Positions 49,109 through 58,030 of a stretch of 64,000 bases of DNA are shown piece by piece. Source of the DNA: a virus; IMG/VR virus record IMGVR_UViG_3300033145_001136, positions 1 to 64,000 of that record, one strand, 5' to 3'. The notes beneath the pieces were generated by a model. The model was not told where the DNA came from and made no database searches. It saw only the letters and a list, made by a program, of their open reading frames with translations. The position numbers and the translations under genes were made by a program. Position 1 is the stretch's first letter; each line of letters opens with the position of its first letter.

Positions 49109-49716
49109 TTTATCATCCCCGCTATTTTCATTGCAGCCAAATAATCTGGTGACACCAGACTAACCTTGTTTGTAATTTCTTCTATCGAACCACGCATCAA
49201 ATATGATGGATGATACGTCGGCACTATTGGCACCCCATTAAACATGCGCCAAATGTTTTTCTCGTGAAAATCTTCTCGGAAGTCTCTTACAGAATGATTT
49301 TGTTGGGTAAGTGCGCGCATAGGCCATTTCCCCAAACCCATAATCACTTTAGGAACAACAATTCGGACTGCCTCAGTCCAACAAAACCGACACGCTTCCT
49401 GCTCTGCTATTGTAGGATCTCGATTTTCTGGTGGACGACATATGAGCGTGTTCATTATAAAAACATTCTCTCGACCTACCCCTATCGCAGCCAGCAAGTC
49501 ATCCAGAAATTTACCCGCCCTGCCAACGAATGGGCGACATTGCTCAACTTCATGCTTACCGGCAGCTTCTCCCAATAAGAAAATTTTCGCATCAGATGAT
49601 CCATCAGAAAAAGCTATTTGATCTGGTTCAGGACGATGTTGTTGCAGACTACACCTCTCGCACCCCTGTGCTTCTCCGAGAAGATCCTCAAGTGTGAGAA
49701 GTGCTTCCTGTTTCAT
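49105..49716 (-). CDS. Uracil-DNA glycosylase family 4
   Basis: CERCSL (Fe-S ligands), GEAAG..E...RPFVGRAG..LD, CRPPENRDP, PTYHPSY. Confidence 0.92.
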   Translation of the reverse strand: MKQEALLTLEDLLGEAQGCERCSLQQHRPEPDQIAFSDGSSDAKIFLLGEAAGKHEVEQCRPFVGRAGKFLDDLLAAIGVGRENVFIMNTLICRPPENRDPTIAEQEACRFCWTEAVRIVVPKVIMGLGKWPMRALTQQNHSVRDFREDFHEKNIWRMFNGVPIVPTYHPSYLMRGSIEEITNKVSLVSPDYLAAMKIAGMIK

Positions 49717-49786
49717 TGTGATATGTCTCCGACATATATAGTTTGAGGTTGGTGGCAGAATGCTTTTCTGCCAAATCCATCGTAAA

Positions 49787-50221
49787 TCACCGCTCAACTA
49801 GTGCCCAACCTTTAATCGCCATAGCCGCATCAGCCACAGTTAATGCATTAATTTCTAAATCGTGCATAATTAGTTTCTCAGGGTATTTCTCCGGTAGGCC
49901 ATATTCTGGATTACAAATGTGTATTGTGTGCCCCGTTGATAAATGTAGTGTTATTACTCCATTCAGTGTATTATTAATGCTCGCTATTGGAGCTTCGTCA
50001 AATACTCCCATCTCCCAGGAACGAATTAATTTGCGATGCACACCATTGGCAAGGGTTGCAAGCGCAGCACTAGTGAGGATTAGTAGCACTCCTCGCCTTT
50101 CTTTACTACCTATGATCCAATCAAGTACCGATGCATAAAATCCAAGATTAATCAACGAACTCTCCCTTTGCATTGGTTTTCCATCGATAATCACAGATAA
50201 GGCATCGCCAAAAAGCACCAC
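49787..50221 (-). CDS. Hypothetical protein (start uncertain)
   Basis: Only coding-strand ORF that fills this gap. Confidence 0.45.
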   Translation of the reverse strand: MVLFGDALSVIIDGKPMQRESSLINLGFYASVLDWIIGSKERRGVLLILTSAALATLANGVHRKLIRSWEMGVFDEAPIASINNTLNGVITLHLSTGHTIHICNPEYGLPEKYPEKLIMHDLEINALTVADAAMAIKGWALVER

Positions 50222-50597
50222 CCATCTTTAACCCCGCAGCATGCCTAATTTTACCTGATCCACAACCAGGTCGCTGGCAACGTGGGTCAAGAATCGGATT
50301 CGGGAACGGTGGGCGCGTTTTATGAACCTCATTGGCTTCGTCTACACCCCCAGGGGCAGCAGACAAATCTGGCAAAGCTCCATCAGTAACAGGCTCCGGG
50401 TTCCCGTCAAGATTTGTTAGGGAGCTTACTTCAGCTTCTTGATTCGGCAGAGTATTGAGATCTACCTGTTCGTCGACGCCCTCTTCTCCTTGTTTCACTT
50501 TACATGCAAAACATAATTTAATATTCGGAGCAAATTTCGTCACCGTTAACGAAATCCCACAATCAGCACATTTAATTATCTTAGTCTCTTTAGCCAT
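50148..50597 (-). CDS. Zinc-finger protein
   Basis: CADC...KFAPNIKLCFAC and a C-terminal CQRPGC...CLICDY. Confidence 0.65.
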   Translation of the reverse strand: MAKETKIIKCADCGISLTVTKFAPNIKLCFACKVKQGEEGVDEQVDLNTLPNQEAEVSSLTNLDGNPEPVTDGALPDLSAAPGGVDEANEVHKTRPPFPNPILDPRCQRPGCGSGKIRHAAGLKMGGAFWRCLICDYRWKTNAKGEFVD

Positions 50598-51282
50598 CTG
50601 TCTCATCCAAGTTAAATAGTCCGCCAGCAATAATTAAGTCATCTAGATCTATTCTTGCAGATGTGGGCATCTGTTTATAATATGCTTGTTCTTTATGTAT
50701 AATATCTGTATCGTGATCATCAAACGCTACATGGAATCCATAAAAGATGCCGAGCATAAATACCAACGATATTTGCACATCGGGATATTTTTTATACAAT
50801 ATCCCATTTTCAGTGATATCAAACCCTTTTTCACTAAGCAGATATAAATAGATTTCACGCCTAGTAAAAACCTCTACCGATGCAATTTGTGTATCATCTA
50901 AAGCAAGTAAATCTTTTTTAATCTTATCTATTTTAAGTTGGATTAGCTCAGCAGTATTCCGTATAGACTTAGCAATATCCTCCGCCAATTCTGATTTATC
51001 GAGTTTGACTTTGGGAATAGCATTATCATCTGGTCTACGGGATTTGTCTCTATCGGGGACGCTTTTTACACGTTTCTTTTCTGGTTCGCACGCATTACAG
51101 TACTGAGTATTACTTGCATAGCGATGTATTTCGATCGATTCTCCACACCCCACACACTCAACAGTCTTGGTAGCACTACTATCCGGCCCGGCGCAATCCG
51201 TACATTTTTGCTCATTCGGCGTAAACTTGCCAACTTCTATGTTTTTACTACATGAAGAGCACTGAATAACTTTTGTACTCAT
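50590..51282 (-). CDS. Protein with two N-terminal C4 zinc-finger repeats
   Basis: CSSC...KFTPNEQKCTDC and CVGC...RYASNTQYCNAC. Start taken as ATG 51282 after GAGGA. Confidence 0.65.
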   Translation of the reverse strand: MSTKVIQCSSCSKNIEVGKFTPNEQKCTDCAGPDSSATKTVECVGCGESIEIHRYASNTQYCNACEPEKKRVKSVPDRDKSRRPDDNAIPKVKLDKSELAEDIAKSIRNTAELIQLKIDKIKKDLLALDDTQIASVEVFTRREIYLYLLSEKGFDITENGILYKKYPDVQISLVFMLGIFYGFHVAFDDHDTDIIHKEQAYYKQMPTSARIDLDDLIIAGGLFNLDETDG

Positions 51283-51375
51283 GTTTAAATCCTCTGCTAA
51301 GACATACGCCCATCCACTCTGAGCGTTTATTGGCTTTGCAGAAATTTTAAATAAAGTATAGAATGATGCCATATA

Positions 51376-54300
51376 CTACGAGCAACCGGTACTCGTCCCA
51401 CAATGTCTACATATGTAGCACGTTCCTTGCTTTTCCATTTCCATTCCACAATCTGAACATATCTGCGTATCCTCCCATCCATCAACATTCTGTTCTAGCT
51501 CATTCACAGACATGTCCCCATTACCATTCGTTAAGTCCACGTCAAACCATATGGCTAAACATTTAACAATATAGTCAACCAATGACTTAGCAATTGGGAT
51601 GTCTTTATTCTTAGTAAATCCCGATGGCTCAAATCTGATGTTAGATAATTTTCTGAGAGTGATATCTAATGGCACACCAAATTGTAGCCCTATTGACCAC
51701 AATATACCAATTGTTTCCATTAATCCAGAAATTGTGGACCCCACTTTTGCCATTACAATAAAGATTTCTCCTGGCCTACCATCAGGGTATCTGCCTACCT
51801 TCAAATATCCTTTGTGATTTGCCACCACAAATTTATGTCGTATCATATTATCTGATGTATCTGGTAATTTTTCTCTTGTTGGTTTAATCACACCTATCTT
51901 CGGTTCCATGTCTACATCCATTGCGTGCGGCACTGTCTTTATTGATTTTTTGCTTTCGACTGTCACTGGTTGTATCTTCTTACTCTGGTCTCGATATATA
52001 GCCAAGGATTTCAGCCCCAACTTCCATCCTTCCATATATAGGTTGTAAATGTCGTCCACTGTCGCAGTATTTGGTAAATTTACTGTGTTGTGGCTGATGA
52101 TCCCATTTGCAGCATAGCTATGTGTCTCAGGCACAGACAAATCATAAACAAGCTGTGCCTCTGACTGGCGTACGTCAACAACAGGAACGTAAATATACTC
52201 TACGATCTCCGGGTTAAACTCAAATTCAATACGAGTCGCCACGTCTAAAAACGTACTCATCCTAATCATCCTGGTCCTACTATCAAACATGTTTCTAAAT
52301 TCTTGTGTCTTATGCAAAAACCTAATCTTATCCAACAACTCAAGACGAATATTGTGGAATGGGAACTTGTTTACATTTATCCCATTAGATAATTCCCGAG
52401 CACGGGTACGCTTATGTTCCTCAAACCAAGTTAAAAGTTTCCCGGCATCCCTAGCCTGATGCCTAGACACATGTAATACCGGGTAGTTTACCTCTCTTAC
52501 GACATTGTCAGTCATGTAGGTTTGTATCCCAAGATTTGTCCAAATCATTTGAACATCACGTAAGAGTCCATCCCTCCTCTGACACAATCTAAGAGACGAT
52601 CCGACATACGAATCTAGGTATAATCCAGAAAGGTAGGCTAAGCAAACGCCTCTTGAAGAACCTAGTATAATAGAGGGGACACACTCTTTGGTAAACCCAA
52701 TATGGTCTAAGAACTCAACAAGTCCCTTGGACCCAACTAATATACAGTGGACCCCAGTCCGTGCGTCCACCTTATCATAGGCCTGTAATCCAAACAAACT
52801 GGAGAACAGCTCCAAGGCCCTAGTACGAACCTCAGGGTTATTTTTCGTAATTCCGACCACGTAATTAGATCTGATAACATGCCCATCAGCCGTCAACATA
52901 CCAAGAAATGTGGCAAGATCCTCCGTCATACGATCAGGAAAGATAACCCCCTTGTGTTGAGTACCATATATAGAAGCCGGTACAAACTCAATTGTCTGAT
53001 TACTCCCCCATACATCTTGGCCCAGGGAAACCGCTGCCATATCTCCAGGCTCAAGCTCATCAAGAGACTTCCAATAGAGGCTATCTTGCCCAGCAACCAA
53101 GATCTTGTGACCCCCAGTCCCAACGAGTCTGCGCCCATCGTTCAATGTAACAGCAACCGTCTCTCTAACTCCGTTATAATAAGTTTCCGCCGCTATGTTT
53201 AATCCCCCGCGCCCAGAGACTGGAAGATTAAGAGAATCAAACGAGTCCTCAACCATCTCCCCTCCGTAGATTTCCCCAATACGCTTCATACCATCCGCTG
53301 TATTGACGATTGTATCCCCCGAAACACATTTCGAAATACCACCGGAGAGATATGGTTGCACTGCCGCCATCATCTTAATGTGGCCCTCCGGAAATATTTG
53401 ATTATCACCCAATGCCGTAGCAAAGATGGGGGCCTCATCCGGCAATACCCAATTGGATATGTTATCACCCATAGTAAGCGCTTTCATAGTCTCACTGATC
53501 ATAACATCGTCATATCCTAGATCGTCAAGAATATATGAGATGTCACGATTAACCATACTTATAATCCCACCGCCTATTAATTTCTTTTTCTTTACTAGTG
53601 CAATATCCGGCTCAATGCCAGTAGTCTCACAGTCCATCATAAAAGAAATTGTGCCTGCGGGCGCTAATACGGTTACTTGTGCATTGCGAAAGCCACCTAT
53701 GTGCATGGGTAACATGTCATAATATGCGCTTAATTCCGACAATATTTCTGGGTCCACATATTTGCCATACTCAGGTACATTATGTTGGAAGGCACCTGCG
53801 TGTAACCCCATTACATTTGCGTATGATCGCTTGCACTGTTCATATGCTGGAAATGCGCCCAGTACCTTTGCCAACTCCATGGATTGCATTAGTGCATGTA
53901 CGTGCATCGTCGCCGTTATTACCGCCGCTGTCGCGCGTGCTTCGGGCGAATCGTATGGCATCAATTTACGCATTAATAACGAACCGAGATTCGTATAGCC
54001 CAATCCAATTGGCCTATATTTCAAAGAATTATGTGCGATTTTGTCAGTAGGATATCCCGCGAGGTTAATAATGATATCCTGCGCGATTATCATAATCCGT
54101 ACAGTATGTGCAAAATCATGCATTTCTAGCAATTTTTCCGGGTGCCAAAATTTCATTAGATTAAGTGAAGCCAGGTTACATGCAGAATCGTCTACAAAAG
54201 CGAACTCGGCACAATTATGTACCATATAGCCATTTGCATAGAAATGATGAACATCGTCCACAACAAAATCATAAACATCTTCTTCTACACCAGTGTCAAT

Positions 54301-56343
54301 AACTTCCTTTACTTTTATCTCCCATCTATCGTGCCCATAATTATCAACAGGATGTGCCATTATTTTGGATAGCAGTTCAGCCTTATGCCTACTTAACATA
54401 AATGGGATCATATCCCTTGCAAGTCGTCTAAGACTGTCTCCATTTATGATTAATTCCCAATATTTGTGGCTATTTTCAAACCCACCTTTTGGCCTTTTTC
54501 TATAGTATAGTTTACTTATAACATTCCTACCAAGTAGCGCAATATGTAAATCATTTAATAAATCAAATGATGCGGACCCAAACCTAATATTTACATCCTT
54601 CCCCACTCTAAAATTGCATGTACCGTCTGCGCTAAAATATCCCGCCAAAAACGCATAAAATTCGTCATTGGGTAGTCTCATTATCTCGGGACCAAGCCTC
54701 TTCGTTCTGGCCTTCCCAGAATATCCCAATCTCAAAAATCGCGCATGGTACGCCTTTCGTGCAACCCTTAGATTCCACGGTGGCTCACCCACACTACCAC
54801 TACTTTGTTTAATGTCGTTGGTTGGCAACCCCTCTGTTTTTAAAAATTTAACATATTGACCAAGCGCATATTTGTCGTCTTTACCGAAGCACATCCCGAC
54901 CAGATAGCTTTTGAATAAGGGACTATTATGTTTTTTAGTTTGTGCCACCCATCCATCGCCTAGAGCAAATCCATAGAATCTAAGAAAATCAATGGACTCC
55001 CCAGACCGCTCAGAATGTATCGTATCAACCAAGTTATGTGGTGATAGGTTATCAGATTCCATAAGGTTAGCAGCCTCAATCCATCCCCTATTTGTTTTTA
55101 TTGGGTGATTGCCGGTCACCTTTATTACGCCGCCAATAGACGTTTTTATATGGAATATTCGTTTGCGCCCAGTTTTGATCAACTTGGCTAATTTTGGCCC
55201 TTGTTCTGTAGTAAGCATAATCTCTGTGGAATCAAGTAACTCATCTACTCGTACACATCCATCTGGCGTAAGAACCCACGTATCCCCAGTAACACAGGGG
55301 TTACAACTATTAATGCGCTCAATCTCTCGAACCGGGTTATATTCATTAATAGTTGTATCATATTGTATCCCAGGATCGCCACATTCCCATGCCGCCTCTG
55401 CCATTTGCCGCAATATATCTCTTGCCCGCACCATTTTCACTATCCATGATGCATCTTGCTCTTTGCGCGACATCAAAGCCCATTCCCCGTCCGATATGGC
55501 AGCCTGCATAAACGCATCTGTTACACGTACCGAATGGTTAGCATTCTGGAAATATAGATTTTTGTATACCAGTCCTTCTAAATCACCGTCATGCCCCATT
55601 TCAATAAGATCATGTGCCTTGCGCTCTTCAAGCGGTTTGCACCAAATAAATTCTTCTATATCAGGGTGATCTGCCTCTAAAATGCGCATACATGCGGCTT
55701 TTCTGCTCGTAGTCCCCGACTTTATTACACCCGCAAATGCGTCATACCCTTTCATAAATGGGACCGGGCCAACAGCCAGACTTTTGTGTGAAATCATCTC
55801 ATGGGATGATCGAATGGGTGATAGATTCGTCCCAGAACCCCCACCTTGCTTAAAAATCATTCCTTCTGTTTTTGCTAGCTCAAGGATAGACTCCATGGAA
55901 TCTTCCACACTGTTGATAAAACACGCAGATAAAATTGACTTAGAATTGCTCTTTACACCAAGATTAAACCATACCGGACTATTAAAGGAGGCTCGTTGGT
56001 CTAGTAGGATATAGGTTAGTTCATCACGAAATGCAAAACTCTCTTGATCGGTTGTGAAATAGCCATGTTTAACGCCACCTTGCACAATGGTATCCACTAC
56101 CCGCTTTACCATCTGTGCCACAGAGATTTCTCGCTCTGGTGTATCTTGCGCACCACTGAAATATTTTTGTGCAACTATATTTACTGCGGTCTGCGACCAA
56201 CTTTCTGGCACCCTTACATCGTCTTGCTCAAAAACGATTGTCCCATCTACTTTTGCAATCTCCGCCCGTACTTCTTTCCATGGGAATTGACTAACTACCG
56301 GTACATTTTCCTCCGTAAAGACACGCGTTACCTGCAGTCCCAT
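51376..56343 (-). CDS. nrdJ: Class II (B12-dependent) ribonucleotide reductase with two inteins
   Basis: FNSPVWFN, SACFI, GGGSGTNLS, HPDIEEFI, NP/CAE, CNLASLNL, APAGTISFMMDCETTGIEP, ISK/TVNLP, a TSCPD-like domain and a C-terminal zinc finger. About 880 aa after splicing. Confidence 0.95.
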   Translation of the reverse strand: MGLQVTRVFTEENVPVVSQFPWKEVRAEIAKVDGTIVFEQDDVRVPESWSQTAVNIVAQKYFSGAQDTPEREISVAQMVKRVVDTIVQGGVKHGYFTTDQESFAFRDELTYILLDQRASFNSPVWFNLGVKSNSKSILSACFINSVEDSMESILELAKTEGMIFKQGGGSGTNLSPIRSSHEMISHKSLAVGPVPFMKGYDAFAGVIKSGTTSRKAACMRILEADHPDIEEFIWCKPLEERKAHDLIEMGHDGDLEGLVYKNLYFQNANHSVRVTDAFMQAAISDGEWALMSRKEQDASWIVKMVRARDILRQMAEAAWECGDPGIQYDTTINEYNPVREIERINSCNPCVTGDTWVLTPDGCVRVDELLDSTEIMLTTEQGPKLAKLIKTGRKRIFHIKTSIGGVIKVTGNHPIKTNRGWIEAANLMESDNLSPHNLVDTIHSERSGESIDFLRFYGFALGDGWVAQTKKHNSPLFKSYLVGMCFGKDDKYALGQYVKFLKTEGLPTNDIKQSSGSVGEPPWNLRVARKAYHARFLRLGYSGKARTKRLGPEIMRLPNDEFYAFLAGYFSADGTCNFRVGKDVNIRFGSASFDLLNDLHIALLGRNVISKLYYRKRPKGGFENSHKYWELIINGDSLRRLARDMIPFMLSRHKAELLSKIMAHPVDNYGHDRWEIKVKEVIDTGVEEDVYDFVVDDVHHFYANGYMVHNCAEFAFVDDSACNLASLNLMKFWHPEKLLEMHDFAHTVRIMIIAQDIIINLAGYPTDKIAHNSLKYRPIGLGYTNLGSLLMRKLMPYDSPEARATAAVITATMHVHALMQSMELAKVLGAFPAYEQCKRSYANVMGLHAGAFQHNVPEYGKYVDPEILSELSAYYDMLPMHIGGFRNAQVTVLAPAGTISFMMDCETTGIEPDIALVKKKKLIGGGIISMVNRDISYILDDLGYDDVMISETMKALTMGDNISNWVLPDEAPIFATALGDNQIFPEGHIKMMAAVQPYLSGGISKCVSGDTIVNTADGMKRIGEIYGGEMVEDSFDSLNLPVSGRGGLNIAAETYYNGVRETVAVTLNDGRRLVGTGGHKILVAGQDSLYWKSLDELEPGDMAAVSLGQDVWGSNQTIEFVPASIYGTQHKGVIFPDRMTEDLATFLGMLTADGHVIRSNYVVGITKNNPEVRTRALELFSSLFGLQAYDKVDARTGVHCILVGSKGLVEFLDHIGFTKECVPSIILGSSRGVCLAYLSGLYLDSYVGSSLRLCQRRDGLLRDVQMIWTNLGIQTYMTDNVVREVNYPVLHVSRHQARDAGKLLTWFEEHKRTRARELSNGINVNKFPFHNIRLELLDKIRFLHKTQEFRNMFDSRTRMIRMSTFLDVATRIEFEFNPEIVEYIYVPVVDVRQSEAQLVYDLSVPETHSYAANGIISHNTVNLPNTATVDDIYNLYMEGWKLGLKSLAIYRDQSKKIQPVTVESKKSIKTVPHAMDVDMEPKIGVIKPTREKLPDTSDNMIRHKFVVANHKGYLKVGRYPDGRPGEIFIVMAKVGSTISGLMETIGILWSIGLQFGVPLDITLRKLSNIRFEPSGFTKNKDIPIAKSLVDYIVKCLAIWFDVDLTNGNGDMSVNELEQNVDGWEDTQICSDCGMEMEKQGTCYICRHCGTSTGCS
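52087..53328 (-). mobile_element. Intein 2 in NrdJ (414 aa, LAGLIDADG homing endonuclease)
   Basis: ISK|CVSGDTIV ... TGGHKI ... LGMLTADG ... YLSGLYLDS ... VYDLSVPETHSYAANGIISHN|TVNLP. Confidence 0.93.
54214..55296 (-). mobile_element. Intein 1 in NrdJ (361 aa, LAGLIDADG homing endonuclease)
   Basis: NP|CVTGDTWV ... TGNHPI ... YGFALGDG ... FLAGYFSADG ... VYDFVVDDVHHFYANGYMVHN|CAE. Confidence 0.93.
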
Positions 56344-56357
56344 AATATAAAGCTCCT

Positions 56358-56939
56358 CTATTTGCCTGTACTACCAAATCCTTTATCACCACGATCTGTT
56401 TGTGGTAATGTATTAACAGCACGTACCTTTATCCCACGAACTCGACGCATCATTATTAGCTGAAACAGTCTGTCTCCATTACATATTTCTATGGCCTCAT
56501 TTGTATGGTTGTGGAGATATGACATCAATTCGCCTGTGTAGCCTTCGTCAATGATCCCGGTCAAAACAGAAACCCCTCGCACACCAGTCGATGAACGACC
56601 AACAATTCTACCCCAGCAATTTCTAGGAAGTTTTATATGTACTCCTGTACTTACGTCGATTGTTCCACGTGGTGGGAGAATAATTCTACCTTCTGGAATC
56701 CAACATTTTAGATCTATTCCACAATCACCAGAATATTTAAATCCTAATCCCCTGTGTGATTCTGGTAAGCCATAAGCATATTTGATTTTGAGACATACAC
56801 CTGGAGCTCGAATAAGTAATCTTATGAGGAGTATACTATTCAGGCTCGTCAGGAAGTAAAGAACCAGCGTCAGCATATCCATCATCTGCTCCATTGCTAT
56901 TAATCGATGTTGCGTCACGTAACTGAGAAACCAATTCAT
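56358..56939 (-). CDS. dut: Trimeric dUTPase
   Basis: GIDL, GRSS, GIIDEGYTGEL, GDRLFQ, RGDKGFGSTG. The start is uncertain. Confidence 0.92.
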   Translation of the reverse strand: MNWFLSYVTQHRLIAMEQMMDMLTLVLYFLTSLNSILLIRLLIRAPGVCLKIKYAYGLPESHRGLGFKYSGDCGIDLKCWIPEGRIILPPRGTIDVSTGVHIKLPRNCWGRIVGRSSTGVRGVSVLTGIIDEGYTGELMSYLHNHTNEAIEICNGDRLFQLIMMRRVRGIKVRAVNTLPQTDRGDKGFGSTGK

Positions 56940-57381
56940 ACAAATATTCCGGCAGGGTATCTGCTGTCGCCTTTATATCGGCATATACATTTGCATATAC
57001 AGAAACCGACCCGGGCACAACCAACGCGATATTGCTAATAATTTTGTGTTCAAAATTCTGTAGATATTCGGCACTCGATATCAATAACTCTATTGGCGTC
57101 CCAATAGATAACCTTGATGGATTAGTGAAATTGAGAATAACTATGTCTGCTTCCAATACCGCTGCTCTATTTATTTCTGCTATATAATTACTAACTTGCA
57201 CACTTGTTGGTGGGCCATTTAATTTATATGGACGATCTGGTAAAAAGATACAATATCCAACTCCCAATTTCTCACACACCACTTCAATGAGTTCCATTAC
57301 CTCACCCTGTGATATACCAGCATGAATCTCTGGTGGGCAGTCAATCGGCCCACCAAGATAAAAATTAATTGCCATATCCAT
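56836..57381 (-). CDS. Nucleoside 2-deoxyribosyltransferase / NMP N-glycosidase superfamily protein
   Basis: FYLGGPID, NRAAVLEADIVI and SIGTPIEL (catalytic Glu). Confidence 0.75.
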   Translation of the reverse strand: MDMAINFYLGGPIDCPPEIHAGISQGEVMELIEVVCEKLGVGYCIFLPDRPYKLNGPPTSVQVSNYIAEINRAAVLEADIVILNFTNPSRLSIGTPIELLISSAEYLQNFEHKIISNIALVVPGSVSVYANVYADIKATADTLPEYLYELVSQLRDATSINSNGADDGYADAGSLLPDEPE

Positions 57382-57383
57382 AA

Positions 57384-58028
57384 TTATGTTCTCCTATGGC
57401 GGAATTTCTTAAGTTGCGCAGTCATTTCTTGTCTAATCATGGTGGCGATTGGCTGAATACCACCAGCCGATAGTTCTTGCTTCGTACTGTGTATAAATTT
57501 ACAATATGGTAAGGTATCTTGGATCGTTAGATAAATTGTACCCGTACCTGTAAATGTAGTAGCTGTAGGATACTCTTCCCGTATCGCCGCAATAGTCTCA
57601 ACACATCTAGCAGTATCTGCAACAATACGCTTATTAACGCTGTCCGTGGTCATATCATATATGTCACGACCACGTGCAAGACATCGCTTAAGTAAAATTT
57701 CTCTCTGACATTGAAAATCAACGCACACATCGATTTCAATGTCATTGTCTTTTAAGAATTGGACCTGTTCTGCTGTACGTGGAAATCCATCCAAGATGAT
57801 CATTTTATTACTGTTCTCTTCCATCATTCGTAACACAGTATTTCTTATAATCTCCTCTGCTGGATGCAATTCCCCCTCTGCAAGTGCTGCATCTGCTTCG
57901 TCTGACTCAATGGTTCTAGCTATATCGCCAGAAGAAATATGTGCAAATTCATCAGTCTGCTTAACAATTTCTCTAGCATATGACGACGTACCGCTTCCTG
58001 TCGGACCTACAAATGTAATAACGATCAT
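57384..58028 (-). CDS. Adenylate kinase-like NMP kinase (P-loop Lys replaced by Thr)
   Basis: GPTGSGTSS, HISSGDIAR, GELHP, ILDGFPRT.EQ, LARGR...KRI. Confidence 0.8.
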   Translation of the reverse strand: MIVITFVGPTGSGTSSYAREIVKQTDEFAHISSGDIARTIESDEADAALAEGELHPAEEIIRNTVLRMMEENSNKMIILDGFPRTAEQVQFLKDNDIEIDVCVDFQCQREILLKRCLARGRDIYDMTTDSVNKRIVADTARCVETIAAIREEYPTATTFTGTGTIYLTIQDTLPYCKFIHSTKQELSAGGIQPIATMIRQEMTAQLKKFRHRRT

Positions 58029-58030
58029 TG

